A stretch of 64,000 nucleotides of DNA, from positions 1,653 through 65,652 of the IMG/VR virus record IMGVR_UViG_3300010340_000930. One strand, written 5' to 3'. The first letter of the stretch is position 1; the number at the start of each line of letters is the position of its first letter. Positions 18,250 through 28,649 of the stretch are shown one piece after another. Source of the DNA: a virus (Duplodnaviria; Caudoviricetes). Made by a program: the position numbers and the translations under genes. The notes beneath the pieces are model-generated. The model ran no database searches. It was not told the DNA's origin and saw only the letters and a program-made list of their open reading frames with translations.

Positions 18250-19755
18250 TCACTTTCTGATTTCTTGGTGATTTTTATTCACAGCAATTATTTTTTTAGT
18301 CAAACCAGAAAGATAAGTATATCCAGTTTCAGGATAACAATATGATGGGGATAATATCTTAGTGGGGCAATTCTCGATAAGATATTTATTCCAATGTGTT
18401 TCATCATGCCAAACCGCAATTATATTTTTCTTCAAATCTTTGTTTATATTTTCTGATAAAATTTTACACGCACGTAAATATGTGTCACGTTTCCCACCCT
18501 GAAATCCTCCAGCATAATACATCTTAACTGTTCTTTTATCCATTATAAATGCTGTAGAATTGAAATTTTTTTCTAAAGGAAATTTTTTTGGACTTTTATT
18601 ATAAAATCCAGGATGTATAACAGCAACCAAATCTGATAATATCTCATGATCCTGTATATCATGAACAAATTTCATATCTACATCAGAATAAAATAAATAA
18701 TCCATATTGCTAAAAATATTTTTATTCTTCCAAATAAAATTGTATCTCAATAAAGTCATAAATGGCCAGGGTTGATGTTCGATAAATATCGGACTCACGT
18801 CCTCATAAAAGAAATTATGTTTGTGATTTGTAAATAAATAAAATCTTACATTATGATTTGTAAGAAAAAAATTTTTTGCTGAATCATACAAAGGTTTGAA
18901 AAAATCTATATATTTGTTAGTGGCAATTAATATTAATCCGATATTAAGTTTTTTATTCGTACGCATAATATTTTTATCTCTTCGTATATAAATATATGTA
19001 TTTAAGTCAAATGTATCAAACCGTTTGGTTAATTTCCACTGTCTCAAAAAAAATCTGTATTGATTTCTTATTCTTTTTTCTTCCTCTGCCATAACCACAT
19101 TTAAGGTTTTGCACATACTATCATCATGCAATCGAATATAATGCAAAACTTCTGGGACGTTTTCAAGTTTATACCCCGCCATCAAACATCTTGCCCACAG
19201 ATCATAATCTTGACACCCCTTTAATTCACAGTTAAAGCCAGATAATGAGGAAAATACCTCCCTTTTCAAAACCATTGAGCTAACTATAAAATGATTCTTC
19301 AAATGAAAATTATGAAAGATATCATTATATTCATATGATATTCTAGGATTTCCACAAACATTATCTGGCGATTCCCTAAAATAGGATCCCAAACAACCAC
19401 AACCATCTAAATCATTATTCTCTATATGCTTAATTATTTTTTCATACTTATTTTCACATGAAATATCATCACAATCATGAAATGCTATATATTGACTATT
19501 ACTAAACTTCACTCCATTATTCCTAGCTGTTGATAATCCTTTATTGCAATCATGTTTTATTATTTTTATTTTTTCTGGATTTTTCTGTTCATAATCTCTT
19601 ATAATATCATATGTATTATCTGTACTTCCATCATCAACAATTATAATGTGAAAATTCTCAAGAGTTTGTTTTAGAAGAGAATCCAACGCTTCGGATATAT
19701 ATTTTCCCCCATTGAGAACGGGAACAATGATATCTAGAAGAGATATTTCATCCAT
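18250..19755 (-). CDS. Fusion of a GT2 domain and a GT6 (ABO blood-group-type alpha-1,3-Gal/GalNAc transferase) domain
   Basis: GT2: IIVVDDGSTD, FHDCDD, DYDLW. GT6: LIATNKY, YSDVDM, IHPGF, YYAGGFQGG, WHDETHWNKY. Confidence 0.9.
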   Translation of the reverse strand: MDEISLLDIIVPVLNGGKYISEALDSLLKQTLENFHIIIVDDGSTDNTYDIIRDYEQKNPEKIKIIKHDCNKGLSTARNNGVKFSNSQYIAFHDCDDISCENKYEKIIKHIENNDLDGCGCLGSYFRESPDNVCGNPRISYEYNDIFHNFHLKNHFIVSSMVLKREVFSSLSGFNCELKGCQDYDLWARCLMAGYKLENVPEVLHYIRLHDDSMCKTLNVVMAEEEKRIRNQYRFFLRQWKLTKRFDTFDLNTYIYIRRDKNIMRTNKKLNIGLILIATNKYIDFFKPLYDSAKNFFLTNHNVRFYLFTNHKHNFFYEDVSPIFIEHQPWPFMTLLRYNFIWKNKNIFSNMDYLFYSDVDMKFVHDIQDHEILSDLVAVIHPGFYNKSPKKFPLEKNFNSTAFIMDKRTVKMYYAGGFQGGKRDTYLRACKILSENINKDLKKNIIAVWHDETHWNKYLIENCPTKILSPSYCYPETGYTYLSGLTKKIIAVNKNHQEIRK

Positions 19756-19759
19756 GATT

Positions 19760-20572
19760 TTATATTCTTATCCAATTTGATGGAATTAAATCCTTAGTTA
19801 CATTCTTATTGGATTGAGAAAACCATTGTACGGGAGCAATAACAATCTTATTTGGATTTTGATTAATCCAAGCCGCCCACCATGAAAAAGTACTATTTGC
19901 AATAATATTATGCTTACATTTGCTCATCAGGAAAAATTCTTCCAAAAATAAACTTGAATCATTTTCTTTTGAGATATATTTCATATTTAAAGAATCATAT
20001 CTCAAATTTTCTTTTGCCCATTTTATATCATCTGAAAAAACAAAGAATGTATAACTTTTTGTTTTTCCTTTCTCTAACAAATGCTTGATGGATTTATCAT
20101 AATAATCCAGAGAACAAACTCCATGAAACTGTATATTCTTACTACACAAATAATCCCCCCTTCTTATATGGATTGACACTGAATCTGAATTTATTATTTC
20201 TTTCTCTAATTCATAATATGAATCATGTAATTTATTTTTTGGTGTAATTTCTTTTAACAGAAAATTTCTTATATCTTTGAAATATTTTTCAGATTGCCAA
20301 TATCCTTTTAAAAAGGAATTATTCTTAATTAAATGTACTAGAGGATCATAATGAAAAAATTTCTCTTTGATTATTTTGAGATTATTAAGTGTTTTTATCT
20401 CTTTGAACTGTGTATTTAAATTATCTAAGCACAAATCACGTTTCGTATGAAAATTTTTTAAATTCTGTGTATATAAATACAGATCCGTTTTATTCTTTAT
20501 GGATAATTTTCTCCCCAAACCATATTGGAACAACTGATTTCCCAATCCTCCACTCAATTGCACAACAATCAT
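19760..20572 (-). CDS. GT11 alpha-1,2-fucosyltransferase
   Basis: GGLGNQLFQY, GYWQSEKYF, SIHIRRGDY, FSDDIKWAK, CKHNIIANSTFSWWAAW. Confidence 0.92.
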   Translation of the reverse strand: MIVVQLSGGLGNQLFQYGLGRKLSIKNKTDLYLYTQNLKNFHTKRDLCLDNLNTQFKEIKTLNNLKIIKEKFFHYDPLVHLIKNNSFLKGYWQSEKYFKDIRNFLLKEITPKNKLHDSYYELEKEIINSDSVSIHIRRGDYLCSKNIQFHGVCSLDYYDKSIKHLLEKGKTKSYTFFVFSDDIKWAKENLRYDSLNMKYISKENDSSLFLEEFFLMSKCKHNIIANSTFSWWAAWINQNPNKIVIAPVQWFSQSNKNVTKDLIPSNWIRI

Positions 20573-21807
20573 TTCACTAACGTTCCAGGATCTTCCTCAT
20601 AAATCATAATGGTGATTAAATCATCTTTTTCCAATCCTCTCAGATTAAATCCCAGCAATTCAATTTGATTTAAAGGAGTTAATCGCCAATGATAATCTCT
20701 ACGCAATTGCCCAAACTTACAATATACTTTCAATAACTCACAGTTCTCAATCGTCTCAGGAATAGGAATGAAAATTGACTTCTCAGTTGGAAGAATTGCA
20801 TCATTATTAACCAATTCATAATCTTCTTGAGTAAATATATAAATAAAATTATCTTTATAAACCAAATCCTTTCTGATATAATTACTATCATCATTATCCA
20901 TATAAGAAACCATGATTTCGTGGGGGGCCAGGATATTTGTTCCTTCAAACTCAGATTCCATAACATATTGAAATCCACTTCCAATATCAATATCAATTTT
21001 ATGACATCTGATAGGAAATTTCTCAGCACAAATTATCAAGTGCGTGGGCAAAGCAGCTTCCCATTCTATGGAGATTGATAATCTGTGCTCACCAATATCG
21101 TCTCCTGGCCCCCCATACTTGTCTGATCCATCACTTATTCCACTCAATTTTATAAATGGTTCAATTGAAAATGGAAAAGTAAAATACAAATCTGATGAAT
21201 CCTTACTTATTGTTTTTATCAATCTGTTTTCACATTTTGAATTATTCCAATCTAATTGATATGATTCACCTGTATATGGATTTTCATATGTATATGCCTT
21301 TAGTTCGTTTGGTAAAATGAAATATCCATTGACTGATTTTGGAATGATAACTCTTCCAATACCACCAAAGAACTGGAAAGCCAATAATCTGGTATCTAGC
21401 AATTCATATATGCTGGAACACCAAATTGTAACCTCAAAAGTTCCTTGATAACGATTTAAAACGGGAGAGATAACAACATTATCATCTTCATAAATCTTTG
21501 GTTCATACATATATGTTCCAATATCTTGCCTGAAATGAGGATATCCATGCAGAAATTTTCCTTCGTATTGCTCTGGTTCAAAATCATACCCAGGATCAAA
21601 TACAATAAAAGGATATCTTGGATTCCAATTCTCACCAGCTTCTTTCTTTCTCTGGCGATAATGCTCTAAAGCTTTTTCATATGTACTAATAATTATATCA
21701 TTGGTTCTCAAGAACCATTCAGTTCGGAAGAAATCTGCAATGGATCTAAAAAAAGAACCCATAACATTATGTATGAACACATTATGATAAGTTGCATACT
21801 CTCTCAT
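20569..21807 (-). CDS. Hypothetical protein, possibly virion structural (tail-terminator-like)
   Basis: 412-aa ORF with ATGA overlap with GT11; structural role is only an impression. Confidence 0.45.
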   Translation of the reverse strand: MREYATYHNVFIHNVMGSFFRSIADFFRTEWFLRTNDIIISTYEKALEHYRQRKKEAGENWNPRYPFIVFDPGYDFEPEQYEGKFLHGYPHFRQDIGTYMYEPKIYEDDNVVISPVLNRYQGTFEVTIWCSSIYELLDTRLLAFQFFGGIGRVIIPKSVNGYFILPNELKAYTYENPYTGESYQLDWNNSKCENRLIKTISKDSSDLYFTFPFSIEPFIKLSGISDGSDKYGGPGDDIGEHRLSISIEWEAALPTHLIICAEKFPIRCHKIDIDIGSGFQYVMESEFEGTNILAPHEIMVSYMDNDDSNYIRKDLVYKDNFIYIFTQEDYELVNNDAILPTEKSIFIPIPETIENCELLKVYCKFGQLRRDYHWRLTPLNQIELLGFNLRGLEKDDLITIMIYEEDPGTLVK

Positions 21808-21827
21808 TTTTTTTTCTCTTTAATTTT

Positions 21828-22400
21828 TCATGAATTTTGATGAATAATATCTCGAAGTACTCTTTCACCACGTCTGGTATAGAACTGAATACAAAGATTT
21901 CTGCTTACTGATTTATTGTATTTCGGACTATAGCACTTTCGTTGAAACATAAAGTATGAGAAATCATTTTTATAGCTTTCAATTTTAAATCCCAATGCCA
22001 AAAGATAATTTGATTCTGTACTATTATTGGTTTCATAGTTATCAGTAATCTGAAAATCCAATTTTTCACCAAAATATTGATAGATATCTTGTTTAAATTT
22101 ATTCTCAATCGAAATAAATTTACCTCTATAATCGCAATTCTCATTTTCTGTATAGTCCAAATTCAAACAGTTAGAAGCAAATTCACTTTTTCTCAAATCA
22201 CGAAATACGATCATATAGACACCATTGTTATTCAAATACATTGGAGCCTCATTAATATGCAAACCCAACGCACTGGTTCGTTTGTGATATAAAATTGTAA
22301 AATTAATAGAAGTATAGTTACAGAAAACTGTATAAGTCGAAGCCCTGTTCAAACTCGGTTGAATCGGAAAACGAATAGCTTTTTTAGGAATGATAATCAT
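21828..22400 (-). CDS. Hypothetical protein
   Basis: 190-aa ORF on the local coding strand. Confidence 0.55.
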   Translation of the reverse strand: MIIIPKKAIRFPIQPSLNRASTYTVFCNYTSINFTILYHKRTSALGLHINEAPMYLNNNGVYMIVFRDLRKSEFASNCLNLDYTENENCDYRGKFISIENKFKQDIYQYFGEKLDFQITDNYETNNSTESNYLLALGFKIESYKNDFSYFMFQRKCYSPKYNKSVSRNLCIQFYTRRGERVLRDIIHQNS

Positions 22401-22449
22401 TTTTCTTTGTCCTTTCTTTTTTTTGAATATTAATATTTATTATTATGAT

Positions 22450-25092
22450 TTAATCATCATCAGCTGTGAAAAACTTTTCTTTAAGAACAAAGCGATCCAG
22501 ATATTCACCAAGCTTATCTCTTTGTTCTTGATCAAATCTTCGAAATCCTTCATCATGGGTTATTGTGGCTAATCGTATATGGTTAAAAGAGGTTTTTGCT
22601 TCTTCTTCCAATGTGAGCATAACATCTTTCTTATTCAATTTTCTTTTTTTATAATCCATCATAATATTATCCATTGCTCTTTTCAGACGCCACATAAGTT
22701 CATGTAATCCAAAATGCTCTTCCAAGAAAGATACAATCTGATTATAGTTTTTAACTTCTTCCTTCATTCGCCTGAATACTTTGATATCATCAAAGTCTGT
22801 CAATAATTCTTCAGCTATCTCGAAAAACAATTTCAGGGCCTCTACCTTACTTTTTCCATAAATTAAATCTCCTTTACTTCTATCAGGTTTAAAATTTGTA
22901 GGTTTAGGCATCTTCAATTCAATAACATTTTCTTGATTGGTTTTACCGTTTTTCTCTCCTTTCCGTTGCAATTTTATATCTTCCGGAAGATTTTTATCTT
23001 CAATTTCATCGGCGACTTCTTGAATATCCATAATTGAATATCTGATTTCATTGGTGGTATTATATTTAACATACTTATCTTTTGGAATATCGAAATATTC
23101 AAATACGATGTTTATATTATCTGGTACTAAATCATAAACTTTGTCATAAATGGTGCAATATACCTGGAAGACCATATCGACAGTTTTGGTAAAGGATTCA
23201 ATATCATATTCAAAGTTGATCTTACCATTGGTTAGCTTTTTATACTGAACAACCAATTCTTTTAACGCACCTGATTCCAAACAATTCTTATGTAGTTTCA
23301 ATACATCAGACTGCAAGATCTCATATTTCTCTGGATTATCTTTTATATGATATGGTTTAATTAACATCTGAATGAAAGGTACATAAAATGTTTTCAAGTA
23401 TTGAATATTCAGATAAAAATGACAAAGGAATGGATTGCCATTAATATACTCATTCAATTCACGTTCTTTCTTAAATTGCTTTTTGTTCTTAATGATTGCT
23501 TTAATATATTCCCAGGAATGCAGATATGCGGATGTAGTATATAGCATACCGACTATCATATTATACAATTCAGGATATTTTTCTTTGGTAACCACAATAT
23601 CCAATTTCGGATAATGGCTGTACCTGGGATGATATTTATCTTTACCATTCTGTTCAAAATATTGATAAACAAATCTCTTATAAATCACCATACTTATGTA
23701 TTGAGAAAAATTAAAGTTCGGATCATTCTCAACATATTCAATTTGCTCATATGGAACCTTAGAGGTTTTCATAACTTCTGTAAATGGTTTAAACAAATCG
23801 TCTTGAGTATTTGGTTCCATGAAATCATAAGCAGTTCTGAGTTCAGAAATTCTGCTCAGGTCATTCTCCAAATAATTATCAATAAATAAATTACCTGTGA
23901 TTCTCTTATTCTTATCAATATGCTTATCCAAATCAGGAATATCTCGATAAAAAACTTCTTCTGGATCAAATGGTTTTATTGGTGACTTAATTTTCTTATT
24001 CTTTTCAATAATCTCATTTATACCCTTTATCTCAATTATCGGAATTTTTTCTTCAACTGTATTTTCAAACGTTTCCTGAATAGAATTATTATCAACATTA
24101 TTATTTTGTTCAACGGAAATATCAATTTCTTCATCTGAAATATCATTGTTTTCATTAGTTTGAGATACCTCTTCGGTAGTTTCTATCGGTTTTGTTTCAA
24201 CAATATTATCACTTATTTGTTCTTCAATCATATCTGAATTGAATTCATCTTCAGATACTTCTTCAGAACATTCAAATTCAATTTGATCATCAATAACAGC
24301 GTTTGTATCATCTGAATTCAGATATGAATTCTCTGGTCTAAAAAAAGTACCATCGGAAAAAGATTTTGAGCTAATCATCATCTTTAAATCTTCAATCTGA
24401 TTCAATATCAATTCAGTTAAGCTTTTCTGTAAGTTAGAAGTAATTTGACCAATACTATCAGTAATTATTGATGTGGATTTCACGGAAATTTCTTCGAATT
24501 TCGAGGTGAAATCTTGAGCAAGTTTCTTAAAATTATTCTCAATTCTGTTCTCATTACATATATTAATATAGTTGGAAGAAATAGACAGATAATTCTTTTT
24601 CATTTCCACAAATAAGTTATACATATTATCAATTTGAGCTGGAGTCAAATAAGCAAACAACTTAATTGCGGAACTATTGGTAGGATCAATTATTTCCACT
24701 CTGCATCTAGCGCCATCTGTTGTTTTGGTGAATTTAAAATTAATCTCAATCTTCTTTTTAGGTAAAGCTTTCACAATTTGAAAGATAAACCCTTGATCAT
24801 AAATCTTATTAATACCATTGGATATCGCCGAATTATACTTGTTTATAAATTGCGAGATCTCGATAAATCCAAAATCAAAAGATATCTTTCCGGTAAATGT
24901 TCCTGGGCGTCTCAAAGTTAAAATCATTTTAGAACTATTATTATTCACGCCCCATTTATCACTTTCAGACATAGAATTATCCAATTGCAACATTATATAG
25001 TTCTTAGTAAGATTATCCTGAATTCCAAAAATATTCAGCTTAAAATTAGTCCATCTAGCTTCATCGGTATTCTGATTTCCATTCGTCATCAT
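22450..25092 (-). CDS. Large hypothetical protein with an acidic low-complexity linker
   Basis: 880-aa ORF with a central E/D/N-rich segment; no catalytic motif recognised. Confidence 0.65.
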   Translation of the reverse strand: MMTNGNQNTDEARWTNFKLNIFGIQDNLTKNYIMLQLDNSMSESDKWGVNNNSSKMILTLRRPGTFTGKISFDFGFIEISQFINKYNSAISNGINKIYDQGFIFQIVKALPKKKIEINFKFTKTTDGARCRVEIIDPTNSSAIKLFAYLTPAQIDNMYNLFVEMKKNYLSISSNYINICNENRIENNFKKLAQDFTSKFEEISVKSTSIITDSIGQITSNLQKSLTELILNQIEDLKMMISSKSFSDGTFFRPENSYLNSDDTNAVIDDQIEFECSEEVSEDEFNSDMIEEQISDNIVETKPIETTEEVSQTNENNDISDEEIDISVEQNNNVDNNSIQETFENTVEEKIPIIEIKGINEIIEKNKKIKSPIKPFDPEEVFYRDIPDLDKHIDKNKRITGNLFIDNYLENDLSRISELRTAYDFMEPNTQDDLFKPFTEVMKTSKVPYEQIEYVENDPNFNFSQYISMVIYKRFVYQYFEQNGKDKYHPRYSHYPKLDIVVTKEKYPELYNMIVGMLYTTSAYLHSWEYIKAIIKNKKQFKKERELNEYINGNPFLCHFYLNIQYLKTFYVPFIQMLIKPYHIKDNPEKYEILQSDVLKLHKNCLESGALKELVVQYKKLTNGKINFEYDIESFTKTVDMVFQVYCTIYDKVYDLVPDNINIVFEYFDIPKDKYVKYNTTNEIRYSIMDIQEVADEIEDKNLPEDIKLQRKGEKNGKTNQENVIELKMPKPTNFKPDRSKGDLIYGKSKVEALKLFFEIAEELLTDFDDIKVFRRMKEEVKNYNQIVSFLEEHFGLHELMWRLKRAMDNIMMDYKKRKLNKKDVMLTLEEEAKTSFNHIRLATITHDEGFRRFDQEQRDKLGEYLDRFVLKEKFFTADDD

Positions 25093-25099
25093 TTTCTTA

Positions 25100-26350
25100 A
25101 TGACCTTCCTTTCTGTAAGGTGAATTTAAATTTTGATTTATCAAATGATGTTTTTTATTTATTATTCATTCCATCCAAAATTTCAAATATTCAAATTGAA
25201 ACAACTTGCAATTGATGACTTTGAAAAAAGTGAGTCGTGTCTAGAACAAATTTTACAGAAAAACTGGAACAGTTAGAAGTTTTTGAAGTTAGAATTTATT
25301 CAGTGAAGTTAACAATATGTTCAATGTTCACAGTCAGGTTGATCGACTAAGTAAGGTCTTGGATTACACTAAGACCATCTAGCTCTTTTAACCCCTACCC
25401 AAAAGGGGGTTAAAAGAGATACAGATCAATTTTAACAGGGTGGTTTAATAACAGTAAGATAACAAGACACAACTGAAAAACAGAAACAGATAAAGAATGT
25501 AATTCAGTTTAAGATAACATATGTATGACTATTGATATCATTTAATTTTGAATATCAGAGGTATCAAAGTAAAGATACCTTCAATTTATATAATCTGACA
25601 GTTTGCTCCGCGCACGGAGCCTTTAAAAAAAATTAAAAATGGAATTTTAAAAATGATTCAAAAAGTGATAATTCAAAATTCGATAAAATTTTTAAAAAAA
25701 AACATATCGAAAATAACTAAATTTTAGAAATGATAAAAATCTTTTACCTTCGCTGAAAGATGATTTTCAGAATAATCCAAAAAGAAAAATAGTAAGACAG
25801 ATATCTTTCTTTAAGCTATATTCAAAGAGAACACCATGTATTAAATATATAAATAATATATCGGAGGCCAACATTTGATAAGCATGAATAATCCTATTGA
25901 GCAAAATAAAAATATTGGCCCCGTATAAATAATTTATTATCTTAATAATCAAAAAAAATCAATTTATGATTTTTTAATTTATAAAAACGTTTATTGTTCC
26001 GCATTTATATAGGGCTACATTGTATTTTAAAAGATTACGCATCTTGATAAAAGAAAAACATCCAAAGAGAAAAAAATTTATTTGATTGAATGAATAACAC
26101 CAAAAGAGAAAAATGTTTTAATAGGTGCTTTTTTGAATGTAAAGTTATTTAAGAAAAAATATCTTTATAGAAATATTCAAAAAGAAAGATATTATTAAAA
26201 TATAAATAGAGATATCGGATCCACGAACATATGATAAAATAAATAATCCTATTTACTTAAAAGGGATGTTCGTTCTCCGTAGTAATTTATTTAATATCAA
26301 ATAAATCAAAAAAAAAAAAAAAAATAAAAACATCTTATTAAACTATTATT
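25100..26350. other. Long, largely non-coding AT-rich region with hairpins (candidate origin/control region)
   Basis: About 1.25 kb without a convincing ORF; hairpins ggtctt/aagacc, ctcttttaacccc/ggggttaaaagag, gaggtatc/gatacct and gctccg/cggagc. Confidence 0.5.
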
Positions 26351-27619
26351 TTAAATTAAGGTGGAGATAACTTGGATGTTTTGGTAGAGATCAATTATAT
26401 CACTCTTTGAATTTATAGTTCTTATAGTAAAGATTTTATTATTTGAATCTGTATATTGATACATCTTCATTTCTGTATTAAAATTTTGATTTGTAAAATT
26501 CTTTTTTAGAATAATGTTATTTAAAAGTAGTACGTTACCGCCCACGATAAGAACATTTTTCCGCTCCTCAATATACGGCAACGGGTCGTCGTTATAGAAT
26601 AATATATTAAGAACAGCATTATTGTGAATTTCATTGTTAATAATATTGTTATTATAATTGTCCATGTCCCTCGCCATTTTCTCTTTTTCTTTCCTCTCCT
26701 CCACCGCGCCTTTACGCATGTAAAATTTTTCTTTCATATAATCTCCCCTTAAAATGACATGATATTTATTATTGTTTGCTAGAAAATTGAAAAACATTTT
26801 CCATGAGCTTTCCATTTGATTTTGCATATATTTTGATGGTATATGATCGGAAACGAAATTGAGTATAATTTTATTTGATGATAAAACATCTTTTTGGTTC
26901 TCAATGCCTGAAGTTTTTATAACATTCTTTTCATTATTTTTTGGAATGATTCCACCTTTTAGTTCTCTGTTATTATTATCATAAATGTTTAATCTGATAC
27001 CTGAATTATTACTTTGAATGATACGCAAGGATAAATCATTTATCATACTTTCGATTAAGCTTTCTTTTGTATTTGGTTTATCTTTACCTTCATATATTTT
27101 TTTTAAATTTTTAAAATGAAATACAGGAACAACATCACAGAGAATTAATTCATTGTTTTTTTCTTTTTTTAAGAATGAAGAATATATTGAGTTAACTATA
27201 TTTTGATGATCCTTATAAGTTAACAAATTAAAATCAGGATCCTTGTTAATCTCCTCATAAACATCTATGAGAAGTATCTCATCTTCTTTTAAACGTTCTA
27301 TACATGAGGCATTCTTAATTGTGCTGATCATTGTATCATCATCAAGTAATAAGATTTTATCATTGTCTGAAATTATATGTTGATGATAATTGATAAATTG
27401 AATTAAGCATTCTTTTAAAGCAAATGTATTACATTTGATAATTAAGGAATTCTTTCTTATATCATCTGAATCATTTTTCATCAACTCATCTAAGATATGT
27501 TGATAATTTTCAGAACCGGAAAAAATAAATTTGATATCAATTTTTTTATAAATCTTTTTTAAGACAGACAAATTACGAACATCGAAATACTTTGAGTTGA
27601 TAGGAAATATACCAATCAT
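26351..27619 (-). CDS. GT-A/GT2-like glycosyltransferase
   Basis: SD aaggag before ATG at 27619; MIGIFPINSK start; ILLLDDDT DxD motif. Confidence 0.55.
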   Translation of the reverse strand: MIGIFPINSKYFDVRNLSVLKKIYKKIDIKFIFSGSENYQHILDELMKNDSDDIRKNSLIIKCNTFALKECLIQFINYHQHIISDNDKILLLDDDTMISTIKNASCIERLKEDEILLIDVYEEINKDPDFNLLTYKDHQNIVNSIYSSFLKKEKNNELILCDVVPVFHFKNLKKIYEGKDKPNTKESLIESMINDLSLRIIQSNNSGIRLNIYDNNNRELKGGIIPKNNEKNVIKTSGIENQKDVLSSNKIILNFVSDHIPSKYMQNQMESSWKMFFNFLANNNKYHVILRGDYMKEKFYMRKGAVEERKEKEKMARDMDNYNNNIINNEIHNNAVLNILFYNDDPLPYIEERKNVLIVGGNVLLLNNIILKKNFTNQNFNTEMKMYQYTDSNNKIFTIRTINSKSDIIDLYQNIQVISTLI

Positions 27620-27629
27620 ATTTTTCTCC

Positions 27630-28529
27630 TTACCATCTATGAAATTTTTCTTTATATTTCTCAAAGATTTGATATACATTCATTTTAGCTAATTCTTTTT
27701 CTTTCTCTTTTAAATATTTCTTGAATTCTTCATTGTATTGATTGGATTGCAATTTGTTGCATAATGATCCAACCTCTCCGCCCAGATGTATTAATAAACG
27801 TTCATCATTGGGTGGAATTATAGCCGTTACATAATTGATTTTACCTTTTTCTTTTTGGATGATGCTCCAGGTTCCGGTATCATGCCTTTTATTTACGTTA
27901 AAGGTTTCACTAAAATGATAATAATTCCATTTCAAAAGTTCCAGCATCTCATATGTCATAAACCACATACCAGATGATCCTGCTTTTGATGAGAAATATA
28001 TTTTAAATGATCGATTGTTGAAATTATTATTTAAGGTTACAGAATTTGTTGTATCAATAGTCTTGGCATGAATTCCACTTGGATACTTCACAATAAAATG
28101 TGTCTCTGGATTGTATATCTTGATATTATCTGCTGTGGTTATGAAATATGAATCCCAATTGAGACCAAATATAAAATCATTATCCACCAGCATATAATAA
28201 TGCTGAAATTCTTTATCCATATGCTGATGATCACGTACCTCTTTTTGTATTTTCATCATTTCTATCCAACGTTGGAATACCACAGACTTCCCGAAGCAAT
28301 TAAACATGGTATGAGATGTATCGTATGAATAATATTGAATCTGATTATTTTTTAATAAATTTTGAAATACTATAAATCTTTCTCCATCCAGATCAGACTT
28401 ATTATCAAACACATAAATAAAAATTTCATTGAATAGCTTTGTGGTTTCCCATATGGATTCGATACATTTCTGGGTTAAGATAATTCTATCTCGACATGGA
28501 ATACAAACATATAATCTTCTTTTAACCAT
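27630..28529 (-). CDS. GT2-family glycosyltransferase
   Basis: YVCIPCRDR...TQKCIESI, YVFDNKS, MLVDNDFIF. Confidence 0.72.
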   Translation of the reverse strand: MVKRRLYVCIPCRDRIILTQKCIESIWETTKLFNEIFIYVFDNKSDLDGERFIVFQNLLKNNQIQYYSYDTSHTMFNCFGKSVVFQRWIEMMKIQKEVRDHQHMDKEFQHYYMLVDNDFIFGLNWDSYFITTADNIKIYNPETHFIVKYPSGIHAKTIDTTNSVTLNNNFNNRSFKIYFSSKAGSSGMWFMTYEMLELLKWNYYHFSETFNVNKRHDTGTWSIIQKEKGKINYVTAIIPPNDERLLIHLGGEVGSLCNKLQSNQYNEEFKKYLKEKEKELAKMNVYQIFEKYKEKFHRW

Positions 28530-28649
28530 AGTTCAAAACCCAAAGATAGTGAATTTATTTAATAATTTAATTCTGATTATGTGATTTAATTTCCATAATA
28601 TTGAATTAAATTAACAAAATGAAGTTGATTTTTTGAAAGAGAGATTATT
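28530..28649. promoter_or_regulatory. Divergent promoter region at the strand switch
   Basis: Very AT-rich gap between head-to-head genes; left block is minus strand, right block is plus strand. Confidence 0.5.

Noticed and set aside
25767-25952. 61-aa hydrophobic ORF in the long non-coding region
   Set aside because: No SD, alternative start, and composition expected from AT-rich background
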